Assembly (NCBI GenBank): GCA_963667015.2
Contig: CAXXJJ010000004.1
Span: 2,752,001-2,816,000, forward strand
Direction: 5' to 3'
DNA length: 64,000 nucleotides
Source: Desulfatiglandales bacterium
GTDB lineage: Bacteria > Desulfobacterota > DSM-4660 > Desulfatiglandales > HGW-15
Positions within the stretch are counted from its first letter, which is position 1; the number at the start of each line of letters is the position of its first letter. Below, one piece after another: positions 61,310 through 64,000 of the stretch. The notes below the pieces were generated by a model that was not told the DNA's origin, ran no database searches, and saw nothing but the letters and a program-made list of their open reading frames with translations. The translations under genes were made by a program, and so were the position numbers.

Positions 61310-62575
61310 ATGGCATTAGAGCAATATCAGGGCGATGTAAATATGTGTTGCCGGTGTTCAGCCTGCAAATTCATCCCCTTGCAACAGGTAAAAAGCTATG
61401 ATTTTTCATATGTATGTCCGAGCATAGCAAGATATCAATTTCACAGCTATTCCGGCGGCGGAAGGGCCAATATAATTTCTGCGGGCCTGAAAAACGGATT
61501 TAATTATACAGAAAAGCTTCTGGATATCGTTTACAACTGCCAGATGTGCGGTGCATGCGGTGTCTCATGCAATTATGCGATGGATATGGAGCTCCAGGAA
61601 CCCATCAATGAGCTGCGGCTGAAGTGTGTCGCAGAGGGAAAGACCAATGCAGAGCTTGACCAGGTAATAAAGGGCCTTAAAAAGACCGGCTCTATGGTCC
61701 CGACACAGGGTAAGCGAGGCGACTGGGCCAAAGGACTTAATCTTAAAGATGCGACAAAAGAAAAAGTTGATGTGCTTTTCCATGTCGGCTGCCTTACAAG
61801 CTATAATAAAGACATGCACAAGATTGCAAAGGCCACAGCCAGGATACTGAAAAAGGCCAAGGTCAACTTTGGCATTGCAGGCAACAATGAGACATGCTGC
61901 GGAGGCCGCGCCTATCAGATGGGTTATGAAAATGAATTCCTCAAACAGGCAAAAAAGAACATGGCCATGATTAAAAAGGCAGGCATAAAAACCGTTGTAA
62001 CTGCATGTGCTGACGGATATCAGGCATTCAAGGTCCTTTATGACAAATATGAACTTAAGGGAGATCTTGAAGTACTGCACATAACGGAATATATCGACAT
62101 GCTCATAAAAGACGGTAAACTTACTCCCAAAAAGCAAATTGATATGGTTGTTACATATCATGATCCCTGCCGCCTTGGAAGGCTTGGAGAACCCTGGATT
62201 AACTATAAAGGAAAGAAAATACCCGGTGACAGATTTGTTTTTGATCCCCCGAAGGAATACCGAAAAGGGACAAAAGGAGTTTATGAAATTCCAAGGGATG
62301 TTCTCACCAGTATTCCGGGAATAAAATTGAATGAAATGGAAAGGATTAAAGAATATGCATGGTGCTGCGGCGCAGGAGGAGGAGTTTCAGACTCCAATCC
62401 TGGTTTTGCCCAGTGGACTGCGACTGAAAGGATATTTGAAGCTGTTGCAACAGGAGCTGAAGCCATTGTTTCTGCATGCCCGTGGTGTGAGAAATCATTC
62501 AGTGAGGCAATGGAAGAAAGCGGAAGCAGCATGAAGGTTTATGACATTGTTGAACTTGTAGCAGAATCAATCTAA
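61310..62575 (+). CDS. Fe-S oxidoreductase (GlpC/HdrD-like, 4Fe-4S + two CCG domains)
   Basis: CCRCSAC, CQMCGAC..SC, TCCG, YHDPC, WCCG, ACPWC. Confidence 0.93.
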   Translation: MALEQYQGDVNMCCRCSACKFIPLQQVKSYDFSYVCPSIARYQFHSYSGGGRANIISAGLKNGFNYTEKLLDIVYNCQMCGACGVSCNYAMDMELQEPINELRLKCVAEGKTNAELDQVIKGLKKTGSMVPTQGKRGDWAKGLNLKDATKEKVDVLFHVGCLTSYNKDMHKIAKATARILKKAKVNFGIAGNNETCCGGRAYQMGYENEFLKQAKKNMAMIKKAGIKTVVTACADGYQAFKVLYDKYELKGDLEVLHITEYIDMLIKDGKLTPKKQIDMVVTYHDPCRLGRLGEPWINYKGKKIPGDRFVFDPPKEYRKGTKGVYEIPRDVLTSIPGIKLNEMERIKEYAWCCGAGGGVSDSNPGFAQWTATERIFEAVATGAEAIVSACPWCEKSFSEAMEESGSSMKVYDIVELVAESI

Positions 62576-62592
62576 GAAAGGAGGAATATATT

Positions 62593-64000
62593 ATGGCTCT
62601 AGATAATGAAATATATAAAGAGTTGGAAGATGTTGTCGGAAAAGAATATATCTGTAACGATCCGGCGATTATGCCTTCCTACCATGGCACTGAAATGGGA
62701 GCAGTCGTTCTTCCGGAAAATGCGGCACAGGTTCAGGCAATAATTAAAACATGCAACCGCTACCGCCTTAAGTTCAGTGCAGTTTCAACCGGATGGACAG
62801 GATCTTTTGATGAAGGTACCATCTACCTGGACATGAGAAGAATGAACCGCATAATTGAGATTAATGAAAAAAACATGTATGCGGTTGTCGAACCCTATGT
62901 TATCACCGCAGAACTTCAGGCAGAGTGCTTTAAAAAGGGACTGCATTTCAATGTAAAAGGTGCCGGCAGCAACTGCGGGGCAATGCTCAGAGGCCATGGA
63001 CACCTTGATCAGAGCACCGGTGGTGATGACCGAAATCACCTTGCTATTGAATGGATAACGCCCGAGGGTGAGATAGTTCGATCGGGCGCTCTCGGTTCTG
63101 TTGATGAATGGTTCTGCGGCGACGGCCCCGGACCTTCCATCAGATCTATTCTTACCAGCGCGGTACCCCCCGGTGTTACACCAGGCGTTTTTACCAAGGC
63201 GGCAATCAAACTCTATCACTGGCCCGGCCCACCCAAATATGATATACAGGGGCTGTCTCCCAAATATACACTGCCGGAGATTCCCAAGAATATGATGGCA
63301 CGTTATTACAGTTTTCCGTCAGTAGAAAAGATGTGGAATGCAGAAATAACGCTGGGTGAAAATGAAATCTGCATGGAACTCATGGGATTTAACGTGGCAA
63401 TGGTAGCAGCCAATATTACGACCTGCAATGAAGATGATGCAAAGGTATTCCAGCAGCTTGACAAAGAGAAGAAAGGACCCGGCTTTTTTGTAATAATAGC
63501 AGGGAACTCGGATGCGGATTTTGCATTCAAGAAAAAGGCCCTTGAGCAGATTGTGAAGGAAAATGATGGCGAATCAATGAAGTCCCTTGAGGATCCGGAA
63601 ACCGAAGGTATACTTATAGCTCAGTGCACGAGGATATCCGCATCTATCAGGGAAACATTCCGCGCTGGCGGCGCCTTCAGCTCTATCCCGATTATGGGGC
63701 AGAGAGATCTGACCATCAAATGGGCTATCGGAGCCGGCGAAGCCAAGAAGCCATTGATTAAAGCGGGACACATTGTTGATGACGGCGGCGCATTCTTTGG
63801 ATGGGGGGTTGAGCAGGGACATGTGGGCAAGACAGAGATTTTCTGTAAATTCGATCCTGCCAATGAAAAGGCGGCAGAGGCCGTTGCTAAATGGTCCAAG
63901 GAACAGGGCAGGAGGGCCTTTGAGGAGAGTTACTTCGCCCTGATGATGGGTGAGGTAGGTGACGATATTAAAGCCAGTATGTCGCATTATGATAAATGGT
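62593..64000 (+). CDS. FAD-binding oxidoreductase, partial (runs off window)
   Basis: GGAGG SD; MALDNEIYKELEDVVG...VVLPEN...STGW...LDMRRMNRIIEI...AVVEPYV; absent from the ORF track because there is no stop in the window. Confidence 0.88.
   Translation, partial: MALDNEIYKELEDVVGKEYICNDPAIMPSYHGTEMGAVVLPENAAQVQAIIKTCNRYRLKFSAVSTGWTGSFDEGTIYLDMRRMNRIIEINEKNMYAVVEPYVITAELQAECFKKGLHFNVKGAGSNCGAMLRGHGHLDQSTGGDDRNHLAIEWITPEGEIVRSGALGSVDEWFCGDGPGPSIRSILTSAVPPGVTPGVFTKAAIKLYHWPGPPKYDIQGLSPKYTLPEIPKNMMARYYSFPSVEKMWNAEITLGENEICMELMGFNVAMVAANITTCNEDDAKVFQQLDKEKKGPGFFVIIAGNSDADFAFKKKALEQIVKENDGESMKSLEDPETEGILIAQCTRISASIRETFRAGGAFSSIPIMGQRDLTIKWAIGAGEAKKPLIKAGHIVDDGGAFFGWGVEQGHVGKTEIFCKFDPANEKAAEAVAKWSKEQGRRAFEESYFALMMGEVGDDIKASMSHYDKW

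Overview
This is a chromosomal window, about 40% GC by eye, from a bacterium whose gene content (CCG-domain Fe-S proteins, FAD-linked oxidoreductases, YedF/LysR selenium-associated genes) suggests an anaerobic Desulfobacterota/deltaproteobacterium. The taxonomy is inferred, not checked. Layout from left to right: (1) a minus-strand rRNA operon (16S, tRNA-Ile, tRNA-Ala, partial 23S); (2) degT and the tolC-ftsE-ftsX-envC-ctpA-yibQ operon; (3) htrA; (4) a lysR-thiF-yedF-PP-loop-like-TIM barrel-phosphomutase cluster; (5) cyclophilin, cysC, a phosphoesterase, a phosphomannomutase and vapBC; (6) IS1634 beside a dead integrase; (7) an 8.5-kb phage-satellite (PICI-like) island at tRNA-Ser(CGA) whose only recognisable virion gene is an HK97 capsid; (8) tadA, lhgO, an AI-2E transporter and a hybrid kinase; (9) tRNA-Ser(GGA)-dnaX-ybaB-recR-glcD-like-uppP; (10) a sigma54-type operon of an AdoMetDC-like protein, a GNAT, an ATP-grasp ligase and a PLP decarboxylase; (11) a pseudogene-rich patch; (12) an FAD-oxidoreductase/CCG cluster running off the end. 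Best candidates for undescribed biology are the sigma54 decarboxylase-GNAT-ATP-grasp operon, the capsid-only satellite with a GGA-hairpin leader, nested palindromic intergenic elements, and the ThiF/YedF/PP-loop sulfur- or selenium-insertion cluster. Smaller observations include an rRNA promoter+boxA copy inside degT and an A10 slippage site in dnaX. All calls come from reading the sequence by eye; no database search was run.
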